A DNA stretch of 61,017 nt, from positions 1 to 61,017 of IMG/VR virus record IMGVR_UViG_3300002854_000002; one strand, written 5' to 3'. Positions 50,223 through 60,867 of this stretch are shown one piece after another. This DNA comes from a virus. Both the position numbers and the translations under genes were made by a program. The notes under the pieces were generated by a model. It was not told the DNA's origin. It was given only the letters and a program-made list of their open reading frames with translations, and made no database searches. Every line of letters begins with the position of its first letter. Position 1 is the stretch's first letter.

Positions 50223-52103
50223 ATGGCGTTTAACCTAACGGCAACTCTTCGGATACTCGATTTAACATCGCGGCCGCTACGTTCGATGACGTCCGGCCTA
50301 GCGAGCGCTGTTCTCAAAGTTGGCGCATTAGGTGGCGCGCTGACCGGTATTGCCGGCGCGGCGGGAGTAGCGGCTTTAGCGTTCAAGTCCGTCAACAAGG
50401 CGATGGATTTTGAAGCGCAGATGTCAACGATTAAGGCGTTAACTGGCGCGACGAACGAGGAAATGGCGAAGATGCAGACGTTAGCGCTTAAGATGGGTGC
50501 GGCGACGAAATATAACGCAATGGAAGCCGGCCAAGCGATCGAGGAACTACTGAAGGCGGGCCTATCGCCGGCGACCGTTCAAGCGGGCGGACTCGAAGCA
50601 GCGCTCAGCCTTGCGACTGCGGGCGGACTGGATCTCGCGGAAGCAGCGGCGATTATGGCGACGTCGCTTAACGCGTTCAAAAAGGACGGACTAACAGCGG
50701 CACAGACGGCGGACATACTCGCAGGAACGGCGAACGCATCCGCTACGGGCGTCCACGAGCTGCAATATTCGTTGGCAGAAGTGGGAGCTGTAGCCGCGGG
50801 CGCGGGACTATCATTCGAAGATGTTAACGTAACGCTCGGGCTACTTGCGAATAACGCGATTATAGGACAGACCGCAGGGACTTCGCTAAAATCCGTCCTT
50901 ATGAATCTGACTCCGGCTTCGAAAACCGCACGTAACGCGATGAAAGATCTCGGCATCATAACGGCAAAAGGCGCTAACCGATTCTATGACGCGAACCATG
51001 AGTTACGCAGTCTTGACGAAGTAGTCGGAGTATTGCAGAAATCAATGCGTAAACTTAATTCGCAGCAGAAGCAGCAGTATTTACGCGACATGTTCGGCTT
51101 TGACGGTATCAGGGCGGCTAACATTCTTATTGACGAGGGAGCGAAGGGTGTCGCGAAGTTTCGTGACGAAATGAAGAATGTAACGGCGCTCGCTGTAGCG
51201 GAAGAAAAGATGAAAAATGCTGCCGGGGCCGTCGAACAGTTTTCAGGCGCGATCGAAACGCTACAGATAGCTGCGCTTCTGCCGACGATGCCGCTGATTC
51301 AGAAATTCGCTTCGAAAGCTGCGGATATGGTCGAGCAGTATACACCGCAGATTACGGCCGCAGTTCAGTCGATGACGGATAAAGTGACTAAGTATATCAG
51401 CTCTCATTATTCGAATAATCCGGAATTTCAAAAGCTTACAACACTTAAAGCGAAGGTATCTTTTATTTACGAAGATCTTATGGCTTCGTTTAACGAGTGG
51501 CTTAAAAGTGGCGGTAGCGCAAAAATTTCAGCAGTTGCACAAAAAGCAGTTGATTTATTGGCTGCCACATTGAGAGCCTCCGACCCCCTTATTAAAGCAG
51601 CGGTAGAGGTAGGGGTTGCGGTTGGTAACGGTATAGTCAAAGGTATCATGTCGGTTAAGACACTTAGTGCGTTGACCGGGACTTCAAAGGCGACCGATAA
51701 GTATAAAGAATGGTCAGACGCATACCAGGGCGTTGTTCCACCTGATCAACCGTTCATTGATCCGATTACTTACGGAAATATTCCGAATGTAACCGCGCCT
51801 TCACCGGTGACTACACCTAAAACGAAGACTCCTGAGGCGAAATATACGCTGCCTCTCCCTAAAAACTCCGGCGGCATCTCTTACGTACCGAAGGACGGGC
51901 CACGTATGATTCACCACGGAGAGGCTGTACTACATCGCGGAGAGGCCCGCGAGTGGCGTAACGGAGAAGGCAGCGGAGGCGGCGTCACAGTCACCGGCAA
52001 TACATTCAACGTACGCAAAGAGTCGGATATTAACGATGTCGCTGCGCAACTCTTCCGCTTGTTGAAAGAGGCAGGTGACGGAATGGGAGGCGCATACGCA
52101 TGA
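50223..52103 (+). CDS. Tail tape measure protein
   Basis: 626 aa, Ala/Gly-rich, with a hydrophobic N-terminal segment. Follows the chaperone pair. Confidence 0.8.
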   Translation: MAFNLTATLRILDLTSRPLRSMTSGLASAVLKVGALGGALTGIAGAAGVAALAFKSVNKAMDFEAQMSTIKALTGATNEEMAKMQTLALKMGAATKYNAMEAGQAIEELLKAGLSPATVQAGGLEAALSLATAGGLDLAEAAAIMATSLNAFKKDGLTAAQTADILAGTANASATGVHELQYSLAEVGAVAAGAGLSFEDVNVTLGLLANNAIIGQTAGTSLKSVLMNLTPASKTARNAMKDLGIITAKGANRFYDANHELRSLDEVVGVLQKSMRKLNSQQKQQYLRDMFGFDGIRAANILIDEGAKGVAKFRDEMKNVTALAVAEEKMKNAAGAVEQFSGAIETLQIAALLPTMPLIQKFASKAADMVEQYTPQITAAVQSMTDKVTKYISSHYSNNPEFQKLTTLKAKVSFIYEDLMASFNEWLKSGGSAKISAVAQKAVDLLAATLRASDPLIKAAVEVGVAVGNGIVKGIMSVKTLSALTGTSKATDKYKEWSDAYQGVVPPDQPFIDPITYGNIPNVTAPSPVTTPKTKTPEAKYTLPLPKNSGGISYVPKDGPRMIHHGEAVLHRGEAREWRNGEGSGGGVTVTGNTFNVRKESDINDVAAQLFRLLKEAGDGMGGAYA

Positions 52104-52780
52104 TTCAGTATCATCTGAGTTACAACAACGGAGCTGAGCGCTTCCAATTGCCCGTTAACCCTTCGAAAATATCCATATCGCAAACACACGGATTCCAGGA
52201 CGTAGAGGCGGCGCAACTCGGGGAGTATACGGTTATCGGTAAGGACCGTTTAGCGGAGTTCTCGTTCTCATCGTTCTTTCCGCGCCATTACGACCCGTCC
52301 TACTGCGCGAGATCACCGCTGCCTAACCCGTGGGATTGCGTGCGTACGATCGAACGGTGGATGAAAAGCGGAGAACCGGCGCGTCTGATCATTACGGGTA
52401 CGCCGATTAACTACGCCGTGACTATCCGTTCGTTCACATACGAACCGGAGCGCGGCGGCAGTCCGGGCGACATTTACTACGATATATCGTTTAAGGAATA
52501 CGTTTTCGTTAAGACGCGTAAAGTCGGCGAGACTAAACCAGCGGCTCCTGACAGCGGAAAAGAGAAGGTTTCCGTATTATCTGCGGGGGATTCCCGCCCG
52601 TCCGGAACCGTTGCGCCGAAGAGTTACAAGGTCGTCAGCGGCGATACGTTGTGGAAAATCTCGCAGAAGACGCTAAAGGACGGCGACAAATGGCGGAAGA
52701 TTTACGACGCGAATAAAACGCTGATCGGACCGAATCCGAACGCACTAAAAGTCGGCTTAACGTTGGTGATTCCGTCATGA
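52100..52780 (+). CDS. LysM-domain tail protein (XkdP-like)
   Basis: C-terminal YKVVSGDTLWKISQKTL....KIYDANKTLIGPNPNALKVGLTLVIP. Confidence 0.75.
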   Translation: MIQYHLSYNNGAERFQLPVNPSKISISQTHGFQDVEAAQLGEYTVIGKDRLAEFSFSSFFPRHYDPSYCARSPLPNPWDCVRTIERWMKSGEPARLIITGTPINYAVTIRSFTYEPERGGSPGDIYYDISFKEYVFVKTRKVGETKPAAPDSGKEKVSVLSAGDSRPSGTVAPKSYKVVSGDTLWKISQKTLKDGDKWRKIYDANKTLIGPNPNALKVGLTLVIPS

Positions 52781-53871
52781 ATATTAGCGTTGTATACGAT
52801 AACTCACTGTATTTAACGGACATCGTCCAAGAAATAACGTGGTCCGGCGACGTCAACCTCGCGTATCGCAGTCTCGTTATTACGCTTGTAAATACGCTCA
52901 ATGGCAAGGAGCCGGAGATAACGTTCGAACTTGGCAAGGAGATACGTTTTCTCAGCGAAGACATGGAGTTATTTCGTGGATTCATCTTCCGGACGTCAAT
53001 CGACCAGGGCGGTATGATGTCGCTTACTGTTTACGACGCAAATGTCTATCTCGTCAAAAACGAAGATACGCGTAAGTTTACGAATATGACCGCGTCGCAA
53101 ATCGTCCGTTCGCTGTGCAATGATTTCGGAATAGCGTACGGAACGATCGAGGACACCGGCTACGTCATTCCTAAGCTCGTATTACGGGACATGACGTTAT
53201 GGAACATGATGGTAACTGCGCTGACCGTTACGCTTAAGCAGACGGGCCGCCGCTACTATATTTACGCTGATAAAGGCGCGCTCCATCTCGTCGCACGGAA
53301 AAAACGCGTAGCTAAATACGTTATCGAATCAGCGACGAACCTTACTAGCGCTTCTTATGCGCAATCGATCGAAGACTTACGCAACCAAGTCCGCGTTATC
53401 GGCGGAGATGATAAAAAGCCACTGACGTCAACGGTTAAGGACGCAGCTTCGATCACGCGATTCGGTATCATGCAGCATCTTGAAAACGCCGACTCTGACG
53501 CAACGGCTGCGCAGGTCAAGCAACTCGCAGAACAGCGGCTGAAGGAACTCAACGTTATTGACGATGAGGCGACGATAACAGCGCTCGGCTTTGACGATGT
53601 AAAAAGCGGAGTTTGTACGTACGTTTACGATAAGATGACGGGGATTCTCGGCGGTTACTATGTTTCTACCGATACACATACGTTTTCGAACGGCATGCAT
53701 ACGATGTCGCTCACGCTTTCCGCCACGGACGATCTGCCAACGTTGGAATATACGCCGCCTGTTGAAGTGAAGGTAAAAGAGAAGAAGAAAACGAAGCCGA
53801 AAACAGCAGAGACGAGGAGGACGGACTTAAATGGATGGAAGCCCGGCGACGCAGATAATTTCCTTGATTAA
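52777..53871 (+). CDS. Tail/baseplate hub protein (XkdQ / late control D-like)
   Basis: Position and size in the PBSX-like order. Confidence 0.55.
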   Translation: MNISVVYDNSLYLTDIVQEITWSGDVNLAYRSLVITLVNTLNGKEPEITFELGKEIRFLSEDMELFRGFIFRTSIDQGGMMSLTVYDANVYLVKNEDTRKFTNMTASQIVRSLCNDFGIAYGTIEDTGYVIPKLVLRDMTLWNMMVTALTVTLKQTGRRYYIYADKGALHLVARKKRVAKYVIESATNLTSASYAQSIEDLRNQVRVIGGDDKKPLTSTVKDAASITRFGIMQHLENADSDATAAQVKQLAEQRLKELNVIDDEATITALGFDDVKSGVCTYVYDKMTGILGGYYVSTDTHTFSNGMHTMSLTLSATDDLPTLEYTPPVEVKVKEKKKTKPKTAETRRTDLNGWKPGDADNFLD

Positions 53872-54154
53872 GCAGCACGGAGCGAATACGGATACATTAA
53901 TCGAGTTCGCAACGGTCACGGCCGCGTCTCCTTTGTCCGTTAAAGTTGACGGCATGAAAATCGAACTTGACGCCGGCGACCTCGTTATCCCTGAACATCT
54001 TACGTCTTACACGCGCCAAGTTACGATAAACGGCGGCCAGGCTTCGACTATGGTCGTTGACGGTGCGCTCAAAGCCGGCGACCGCATCATCATTGCGCAG
54101 ATAAAGAGCGGTCAGACTTTCGTCATAATCGACCGGATAGGAGCTGACGTGTAA
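53831..54154 (+). CDS. Baseplate spike-region protein (XkdR / DUF2577-like)
   Basis: Position and size. Confidence 0.5.
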   Translation: MDGSPATQIISLIKQHGANTDTLIEFATVTAASPLSVKVDGMKIELDAGDLVIPEHLTSYTRQVTINGGQASTMVVDGALKAGDRIIIAQIKSGQTFVIIDRIGADV

Positions 54155-54564
54155 TGGCGTTATCGCCGACGGCTTCTACGACGAACGACCGCGTTGTTGA
54201 CGCTGACCCAATTATCGAGACATCGCGCACATACGACATATTTACGACCGGCCTAAACGGTATTATCGATGACACGGCCGCTATACGCCAGTTCATCAAA
54301 AAGGCGCTTATAACCGCGAGATCAACGTTTATGGTATACGGTGATGATTACGGCACTGACCTGTACGATCTCATCGGGCAAAACGTACCGAAGGCGCTAT
54401 TTGACACGGAGGTTACGCGTATGATTACGGAGGCGCTTATATACGACGAACGAATTCTCGGCGTCAGCAATTTCCGTATCAGTCAAATAAGCGACGCGGT
54501 CCTCATCGAATTTAACGTCGAAACGGTCGACGGATCACTTTTAACGGAGGAGGTGACGCTTTAG
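54154..54564 (+). CDS. Baseplate protein (XkdS / DUF2634-like)
   Basis: Position and size. ATGA-type coupling. Confidence 0.5.
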   Translation: MALSPTASTTNDRVVDADPIIETSRTYDIFTTGLNGIIDDTAAIRQFIKKALITARSTFMVYGDDYGTDLYDLIGQNVPKALFDTEVTRMITEALIYDERILGVSNFRISQISDAVLIEFNVETVDGSLLTEEVTL

Positions 54565-55619
54565 TGTTCGAAACACAGACGAAAGCAGCGATTTTACAGC
54601 GAATGTTAGACGAATCGCCTGCCGATATCGATAAACGGGAAGGCTCCGTAACCTACGACCTCCTTTCGCCGGCATCGATTGAAATCGCGCTGGCCTATAT
54701 CGAATTGGATAACGTTCTGAACTTCGGATTTCCGGATACGGCTTACGGTCCTTACCTCGATCTCAGCGCAATTGAATACGGACTGACACGTAAGCCGGCC
54801 GTTAAATCAGCCGGTTTCTTAACGTTCAGTGGACCGCCTGGAACGGTTATACCGGCCGGTACGCAGGTATCGACGACAAGCGGAGTGCCGGTTTATTTCG
54901 TGACAAAAACGGCAGCTACAGTCGGCAGCGGAGGAACCGCAACCGTCGCGGCCGAAGCGCGGGATGCTGGCTCGGCGTCAAACGTATCAGTCGGTGCGGC
55001 TAATACCATGACCGGCGATTTAGTCGGCATCGTCACCGTAACCAACGCAGCCAATTTCGAAGGTGGCGCGGATATCGAAACGGATGACGCGTTCCGGGCG
55101 CGGATATTAGAGCGAGCACAGCGGCCGGCAACGTCGGGCAATGCGAATCAATACCGCCAGTGGGCGCTAGAGATACCCGGCATTTCTGACGCGAAAGTAT
55201 ATCCGGTATGGGCCGGTCCAAATACGGTCAAAGTCGTACTACTCGACGATGATAAAACAGCACCGGACAGTGCGACGGTCACAGCGGTGGCGACATATAT
55301 CGAATCCGTCCGTCCTATCGGCGCTACGGTTACAGTCGTTGGAGCAACGGAGGTCGCAATTAACGTATCGGTCGACGTACAGCTCGCGCCCGGAGCAACG
55401 CTATCCGCTGTGAAAACGCAGATTGAAAACGGAGTTCGCGCATACCTGAAGGCGCTGGCCTTCGTCGACAATACGGTCCGCTATACGCGAATCGCTAACG
55501 TCATCCTCGACGCGGAAGGCGTAGTCGATTACGTCGCGCTCACGGTTAACGGTGGGACCGGAAACGTAGTAATTGCGGACGGATCGGTCGCGGTGCTCGG
55601 ATCGGTGGTGGTCACGTAA
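54564..55619 (+). CDS. Baseplate J-like protein (XkdT-like)
   Basis: 351 aa. N-terminus ILQRMLD......DKREGS..YDLL.P and its position. Confidence 0.7.
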   Translation: MFETQTKAAILQRMLDESPADIDKREGSVTYDLLSPASIEIALAYIELDNVLNFGFPDTAYGPYLDLSAIEYGLTRKPAVKSAGFLTFSGPPGTVIPAGTQVSTTSGVPVYFVTKTAATVGSGGTATVAAEARDAGSASNVSVGAANTMTGDLVGIVTVTNAANFEGGADIETDDAFRARILERAQRPATSGNANQYRQWALEIPGISDAKVYPVWAGPNTVKVVLLDDDKTAPDSATVTAVATYIESVRPIGATVTVVGATEVAINVSVDVQLAPGATLSAVKTQIENGVRAYLKALAFVDNTVRYTRIANVILDAEGVVDYVALTVNGGTGNVVIADGSVAVLGSVVVT

Positions 55620-56191
55620 TGGTGCGGACGATCACGCAAATACAGCGTGATATGCGCGACTATCTACCGCGCTATTACGAGGACGTACTAATCGCGGTTA
55701 ACGTTATCGACCGTGAAGCAGCGGAGATTGCCGCGTTAAATGGCGCGATTTACGACGTACTCGATCAATTTTACATTCCGACAGCTACGTGGTCACTTGC
55801 CCGCTGGGAGCGTATCTTCGGTCTTAGTGTTGACGAAACGAAGCCGGCTGATCAACGGCGATCCGTAATATTATCTAGGCTTCGCGGCATCGGAACGGTT
55901 ACGATCGATCTTATTGAGAGCGTCGCGGAAGCATACGTTAACGGTGACGTCAGCGTAACGGAAGACAATGCGCACGGCACGGTGATTATCACGTTCATAT
56001 CGAATCGCGGCATACCCGAGAATTTAGCGGACATACAGGCGGCCTTGCGCGATATCATTCCGGCTCATCTGGCGATCGAATTCCGTTTTACGTATTTGAC
56101 GTGGGACGAAATCGACGGAATTGCGCAGTCATGGGACGCGTGGGATGCGCGAGGCTTAACGTGGAATCAAATGGAAGTATTGCGGCCGTAG
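55619..56191 (+). CDS. Baseplate/tail-fibre adaptor protein (XkdU / DUF2313-like)
   Basis: YLPRYYE......I...E...L pattern and position. Confidence 0.5.
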   Translation: MVRTITQIQRDMRDYLPRYYEDVLIAVNVIDREAAEIAALNGAIYDVLDQFYIPTATWSLARWERIFGLSVDETKPADQRRSVILSRLRGIGTVTIDLIESVAEAYVNGDVSVTEDNAHGTVIITFISNRGIPENLADIQAALRDIIPAHLAIEFRFTYLTWDEIDGIAQSWDAWDARGLTWNQMEVLRP

Positions 56192-56220
56192 CGCCTGTAA
56201 AATCGAAGGAGGCCGGATAG

Positions 56221-57489
56221 ATGCCGGATTTAACGCCGAACCTCGGCATAAAGAAGCCGCTCGGGAACGAAGCTTTTTCACGCGCGGCTATTAACGAAAA
56301 CTACGATATTATCGACGCTGCGGCTACGAAAACGGCGACCGCGAATAAACTTGTACAGCGTGACGCGTCCGGACGGGCGAAGGTCGCGGCTCCTGCAGCA
56401 TCCGACGATGTCGCCCGCAAGGATACGGTGGACAATGCGATTACGCGGGGAATGCTCGTACAGGCCATTATTAACGGTAATATGGACATTACGCAACGAG
56501 GTACGTCTTTTACCAATCCTCTTAATGCGTACACATTGGATCGATGGGTTACAGGGACGACCGGGGAAGCTGGCATGCCCACCCTCATTCACAGCGCACA
56601 GCGTCTTGATTCAGGAGATATACCAGGCAGCTATTATTTTTACCGCGTGAACGCTAGCGGCGCAGGATCGGGATTCGGCACATCAACCGAATATGCCGTT
56701 ATGCAACGAATAGAGAACGGTACTCGGTTTCTATGCGGTGCAGGCAAAAAGGTGTCTCTATCATTTTACGCCCGGGCAAGTGTGGCAGGAAAGCGCATTG
56801 GAGTAAGCTTAGGGCAAAGGTATGGTACCGGGGATACGCCATCCCCAAACGAGGTGCTTACAGGACAGATTTTCACACTGTCATCCACCTGGACAAAGTA
56901 TACATTCACTTTCAACACAAATACACTTGTCGGTAAGTCTTTCGGCACGAATCGTGACGACCAGTTGCTTCTCAAATTTTTTATGGCGTGGGGCACTACA
57001 ACGGCAACGGCAAATTTCGGGTCGGGGACAGCGGAGACATTCGGCGGCTCTGGAAATATCGATTTCGCCCAAGTTCAGATCAATGCCGGAGATACCGCTC
57101 TTCCGTTCCAGCCGCGCAGCTTCGCGGAAGAGTTGGCGCTGTGCCAACGATATTATGAAAAGAGTTATCCAGCTAATATTGCACCAGGCACAAACACAGG
57201 ATGGGGACTTCACGTATCAACCCTATTGCCTGCTAACTACACAGCGGGTAGCAGATTACTTTTAGGCAGCCACATTAAGTTTAAAGTGGAAAAAAGACTT
57301 ACACCAACAGTGACATTTCTATCGGATGCTGGGGCTGCTGGCTCATGGTGGGCAGTTAATTACGGAGGCATAAACGTTGGTACAAATTTCACATGCTCAA
57401 CTGGTGTTAATATCGTCACATCCAACGCCGTTAACGTAACCCAAGCAGGAGATATTTATGGACACTGGATGGCGGACGCCGAACTATAA
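56221..57489 (+). CDS. Tail fibre / receptor-binding protein
   Basis: N-terminus LGIKKPLGNEAFSRAAINENYDIIDA...KLVQRDASGRAKV is typical of these fibres. Divergent C-terminus. Confidence 0.7.
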   Translation: MPDLTPNLGIKKPLGNEAFSRAAINENYDIIDAAATKTATANKLVQRDASGRAKVAAPAASDDVARKDTVDNAITRGMLVQAIINGNMDITQRGTSFTNPLNAYTLDRWVTGTTGEAGMPTLIHSAQRLDSGDIPGSYYFYRVNASGAGSGFGTSTEYAVMQRIENGTRFLCGAGKKVSLSFYARASVAGKRIGVSLGQRYGTGDTPSPNEVLTGQIFTLSSTWTKYTFTFNTNTLVGKSFGTNRDDQLLLKFFMAWGTTTATANFGSGTAETFGGSGNIDFAQVQINAGDTALPFQPRSFAEELALCQRYYEKSYPANIAPGTNTGWGLHVSTLLPANYTAGSRLLLGSHIKFKVEKRLTPTVTFLSDAGAAGSWWAVNYGGINVGTNFTCSTGVNIVTSNAVNVTQAGDIYGHWMADAEL

Positions 57490-57504
57490 CGGAGGTGAAC
57501 GGAA

Positions 57505-57879
57505 TTGGACGAGTACAAACATTATTACCGGCTGGACGCAGCGGGTACCATCGTCACTTATGCGTTTTCCACGGCGTTCGAGCAGCCGCAAGACGGCGAC
57601 TATTTCGTTGAATACGGAGGCCGCCATTTTAACCCGGTCATCACGAACGATCGCGGCCAATATACGTTAAAACGCGTAGACGGCGCGATTGTGCAACGCA
57701 CACAGGCGGAACTCGACGCAGAGTGGGCCGCACGACCACCGGCACCGGAGACCGACGCGGAAAAGATCGCGCGCCTTGAAGCGGAGAAAGACGATTTAAA
57801 GCGCTCACTAGCGCAGCTAAACGGTGACATGTCGGCATTTATCGATTTCTACTTCTCCGTTAATCCGGAGCAATCTTAA
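57505..57879 (+). CDS. Tail-fibre-associated protein (XkdW position)
   Basis: TTG start with GGAGGTG 7 nt upstream. Called on position. Confidence 0.4.
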   Translation: MDEYKHYYRLDAAGTIVTYAFSTAFEQPQDGDYFVEYGGRHFNPVITNDRGQYTLKRVDGAIVQRTQAELDAEWAARPPAPETDAEKIARLEAEKDDLKRSLAQLNGDMSAFIDFYFSVNPEQS

Positions 57880-57894
57880 AGGGGGACGGCCACT

Positions 57895-58101
57895 ATGCCG
57901 ATCTATACTTGGCGAGTTTCAACGTACGCACGCGATATTTATCTTTTCGGAAACAGGACGTTAAATGACGTTCCTAACGATTACGTAGAGCCAATTAAGC
58001 TCTATTCTGCGCAGACGTTCGCGCTACGCCAGCTTGACGAAGCGCTCGCGAACGGCTACATCACGCAGACGGAGTATAACGAAACTGTAGCGTATATCTA
58101 A
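57895..58101 (+). CDS. XkdX-like small protein
   Basis: 68 aa with C-terminal GYITQTEYNETV motif. Confidence 0.5.
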   Translation: MPIYTWRVSTYARDIYLFGNRTLNDVPNDYVEPIKLYSAQTFALRQLDEALANGYITQTEYNETVAYI

Positions 58102-58184
58102 ACGCAAACGAGGACGGTGCCCCCTTCGCCAGGTACGCCGTCCTCTAAGCGTATTGTATCACGCTATGCGAAGGAGCGCCAGCT

Positions 58185-58469
58185 ATGAACGCTGACCAAA
58201 TAACGGCCGTCGAGCGTATCGCGCAATTGTTCGATAAATACGGCATGACGACGATATCCCTTATCGTATTAGCGGGCGGCCTCGCGTGGATTGTGCGCCT
58301 TTTGCTGCGCGGAGATTTAGTGCCGCGTTGGATGCTGGAACGGGCGGAACACGATCGCGACGAAGTCATGGCCGTCCTGAAAAATCAAGAAACGGGCGCG
58401 CTACGTGAGATCCTCGAATTTATGCGGAAAATCAAAGTTAAGGACGACGTATCGGGCGGAGGTGGGTAA
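58185..58469 (+). CDS. Single-TM lysis-cassette membrane protein (94 aa)
   Basis: TM segment TTISLIVLAGGLAWIVRLLL. Lies upstream of the holin and endolysin. Confidence 0.5.
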   Translation: MNADQITAVERIAQLFDKYGMTTISLIVLAGGLAWIVRLLLRGDLVPRWMLERAEHDRDEVMAVLKNQETGALREILEFMRKIKVKDDVSGGGG

Positions 58470-58470
58470 T

Positions 58471-58671
58471 ATGGGGTTTCCGAATTGGCTCCGCCGTCTA
58501 CCCGTCCATCGTCGCAAAGAGTCCGAATTAAACGCGGCTTCACACCGCGTCCGCATCGCTATAGACCGCTATAAGGACATCGACGCGGAGATACAGCGCG
58601 AGATCGAACGCAATCATATAGCGCGTAATTTACTCTACGATAAAGGAGGCGCAGACTGTGCGGATCATTGA
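58471..58671 (+). CDS. Hypothetical lysis-cassette protein (66 aa)
   Basis: ATG 58471 with SD GGAGGTGGG. Confidence 0.45.
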   Translation: MGFPNWLRRLPVHRRKESELNAASHRVRIAIDRYKDIDAEIQREIERNHIARNLLYDKGGADCADH

Positions 58672-59029
58672 CTTCGTATTACTCGCGCTTTACACAACCT
58701 CCGTATCCTGCGCGATTTACATTATCGCAGCGCATCGAGCCTATTTTCACGAACGCATACGCGTAGGCGTCGTTAACCTCTTTATGGTGGCGATGCTTTT
58801 CTTTTTGTCCGCGTACACCGTAAAGATGCTCGTCGTCATGTGGATACGGGCCGGCGTCATTTTCGGATTTAACAGCGACTTTATTTCGACGCTGCAGACG
58901 TACGCATGGACGTTCGCGCAGACGTTTACAACGATCGGCCTCGTCTCGCTCGCGGTCCTAACGTACACGCAGCGTTATGACTTGTTCATCTATCTGCGCA
59001 AACTTAACCGGGAGGATGACGAAAAATAA
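58658..59029 (+). CDS. Four-TM membrane protein (holin-like)
   Basis: Four hydrophobic segments in 123 aa. Confidence 0.5.
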   Translation: MRIIDFVLLALYTTSVSCAIYIIAAHRAYFHERIRVGVVNLFMVAMLFFLSAYTVKMLVVMWIRAGVIFGFNSDFISTLQTYAWTFAQTFTTIGLVSLAVLTYTQRYDLFIYLRKLNREDDEK

Positions 59030-59379
59030 TGATAATGACGACTTTCATCGAACAAATACAGCCGTATATCAACGCAGCGGTTAGCGCTATTGGCGGCCTC
59101 GTACTCGCAGCGATTGCGATTCTAGCCGCGACACTCCGCGCTAAAATACAGGCGTGGGTTGACGCAAGGACAACGGAATCCCAACGCGAAATCCTCCATA
59201 AGCTCGCGAAGGAAGCGGCGGCACTTGCGGAGTCAACGTTTACAAGCGAAGAAGGGCCAACGAAGCTAGATGCTGCGATCTCTTACGTAAATAAGCGCGT
59301 CGCTAACTACGGAATCAAAGTGAGCGCGGAGTCGATCGTAGCAGCGATTGAAAAAGCGGTCGCGGAGCTACGAAAATGA
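59029..59379 (+). CDS. Holin, LL-H family-like
   Basis: N-terminal TM (AVSAIGGLVLAAIAILAA) and a helical C-terminal region resembling LL-H holins. Adjacent to the endolysin. Confidence 0.6.
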   Translation: MIMTTFIEQIQPYINAAVSAIGGLVLAAIAILAATLRAKIQAWVDARTTESQREILHKLAKEAAALAESTFTSEEGPTKLDAAISYVNKRVANYGIKVSAESIVAAIEKAVAELRK

Positions 59380-60062
59380 CGCGCGCAGAGTTTATCGCCA
59401 AATTAGCGCCTATGGCCGTCGAAGCGCGTAAGCAAGGGTCCCCGCTATTTGCATCCGTAAGACTTGCGCAGAACATTCTCGAAACGGGCGGCAAAATTCC
59501 GTCATGGAATAACCTCGGCGGCTACAAAGTCGGCAGCGGCATTCCTAACGCGTTTTGGAAAGGCCGCGTCTATAATGGGAAGACGTGGGAAGTGTATGGC
59601 GGCCAAACGGTCAATATAACGGCGGCTTTCCGAGCTTACGATAGCGTGTACGATTTCTACCGCGATCAAGATTTATTGTTCGCAAAAAGCCGCTACGTCC
59701 GCGTCGTCGCTGCGCAGAACCCGGACGACCAGTGTCGCGCCTTATATGCGTGCGGATACGCGACTGATCCGGCCTATGCCTCGAAATTGATTTCGCTGAT
59801 TGATGCGAATAACCTACGTCAATATGACGTTATTCAAAAGGAGAGTGACGAAATGACAGCGGAAGAAAAGGCGGCATTCACCGCGTTGAAAGACCGAGTA
59901 GTTACGCTGGAGAATCGCGCAAGCCAGCCGGCACCAGCCTGGGCGAAAGATGCCGTAGCCGCAGCAGTTAAAAGCGGCATCGTTGACGCGGCGAGTGCGG
60001 AAGGCGGCAGTTACGATTTCTATCGCGTGCTGACGGTGCTGCATCGTAAGAAATTGATTTAA
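59376..60062 (+). CDS. Endolysin, GH73 N-acetylglucosaminidase domain
   Basis: RLAQNILETGG, AAFRAYDS and YATDPAYASKLISLI motifs. Confidence 0.75.
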   Translation: MTRAEFIAKLAPMAVEARKQGSPLFASVRLAQNILETGGKIPSWNNLGGYKVGSGIPNAFWKGRVYNGKTWEVYGGQTVNITAAFRAYDSVYDFYRDQDLLFAKSRYVRVVAAQNPDDQCRALYACGYATDPAYASKLISLIDANNLRQYDVIQKESDEMTAEEKAAFTALKDRVVTLENRASQPAPAWAKDAVAAAVKSGIVDAASAEGGSYDFYRVLTVLHRKKLI

Positions 60063-60073
60063 CGGAAACATGA

Positions 60074-60131
60074 CGCCCGCTAACGGCTTCGTACGTATAA
60101 AAACGTATGATTTCGTTAGCGGGCGCTTTTC
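60074..60131 (+). terminator. Terminator after the lysis cassette
   Basis: 12-bp stem CGCCCGCTAACG / CGTTAGCGGGCG with a structured loop, followed by CTTTTCT. Confidence 0.55.
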
Positions 60132-60197
60132 TGCGTTAAAGGAGTGACGCGGAGGGTGGTTTATGGTACAATTTAGGGAAAACAAAGGGGCTGTATC

Positions 60198-60674
60198 ATG
60201 AGAAAAGATATTGGAATTGCAAAATATATATTTCCAGCGTTAATAATTGTTGCTATAATCGTATATTTTTCGTGGAGTAACACTAATAACGATAAAAAAG
60301 CAATTGCGGATGCGGTTGACCTGTCACAATCTATAACAGTTAACGGCGTTGCTTACAAAGTTGAGAACGTGGAGCAAATTAAAAAAAGCGATAATGTGTT
60401 CTCTATAGTCGTTACGGTCACGGCCAAAAACAACGGTACAAAGGAAGCAGTGGTGTCGAGCGATATGTTCCGGCTCGTTGATGTAGATGAGCGTGAGTAT
60501 AACGGGGACTTGTCGCGTGATATATTCGGAGATGATTATTTTAGCGGTTCAATTCAACCGGGTTTGTCAAAGACGGCGAATGTAAAATTTGATGTTTCTA
60601 TATCTGCTCGTGGATTCCGTTTAGGTGTTAATAACGGAAATGATAAATTTACTTTCATAAATCTCGGACAATAA
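60198..60674 (+). CDS. DUF4352-like membrane-anchored protein (moron)
   Basis: N-terminal TM, then a beta-rich domain (FSIVVTVTAKNNGTKEAVVSSDMFRLVD..EREY). AT-rich, with its own terminator. Confidence 0.55.
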   Translation: MRKDIGIAKYIFPALIIVAIIVYFSWSNTNNDKKAIADAVDLSQSITVNGVAYKVENVEQIKKSDNVFSIVVTVTAKNNGTKEAVVSSDMFRLVDVDEREYNGDLSRDIFGDDYFSGSIQPGLSKTANVKFDVSISARGFRLGVNNGNDKFTFINLGQ

Positions 60675-60677
60675 TAG

Positions 60678-60716
60678 CGGCCATTTACGGACTAATCTCC
60701 GTGAGTGGCCGTTTTA
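60678..60716 (+). terminator. Rho-independent terminator
   Basis: 14-bp stem CGGCCATTTACGGA / TCCGTGAGTGGCCG (two G-U pairs) followed by TTTTA. Confidence 0.65.
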
Positions 60717-60846
60717 CTTCTTATAATGAAGAAACACGTTTTGACAACGCTCCTACTGACGTGCTATTATCAGCGTACGGTTAATGAGACGCGCTATTTT
60801 CGTGAGATAACGAGGGCAGCCGCATTATGTTCGATGAGCCTCCGTA

Positions 60847-60867
60847 TAAGCCTACGATAAGCCTTCG
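60847..60867 (+). promoter_or_regulatory. Candidate integrase arm-type sites, P side
   Basis: TAAGCCTACG (60847-60856) and AGCCTTCG (60860-60867), immediately upstream of the terminal repeat and tRNA-like core. Confidence 0.35.
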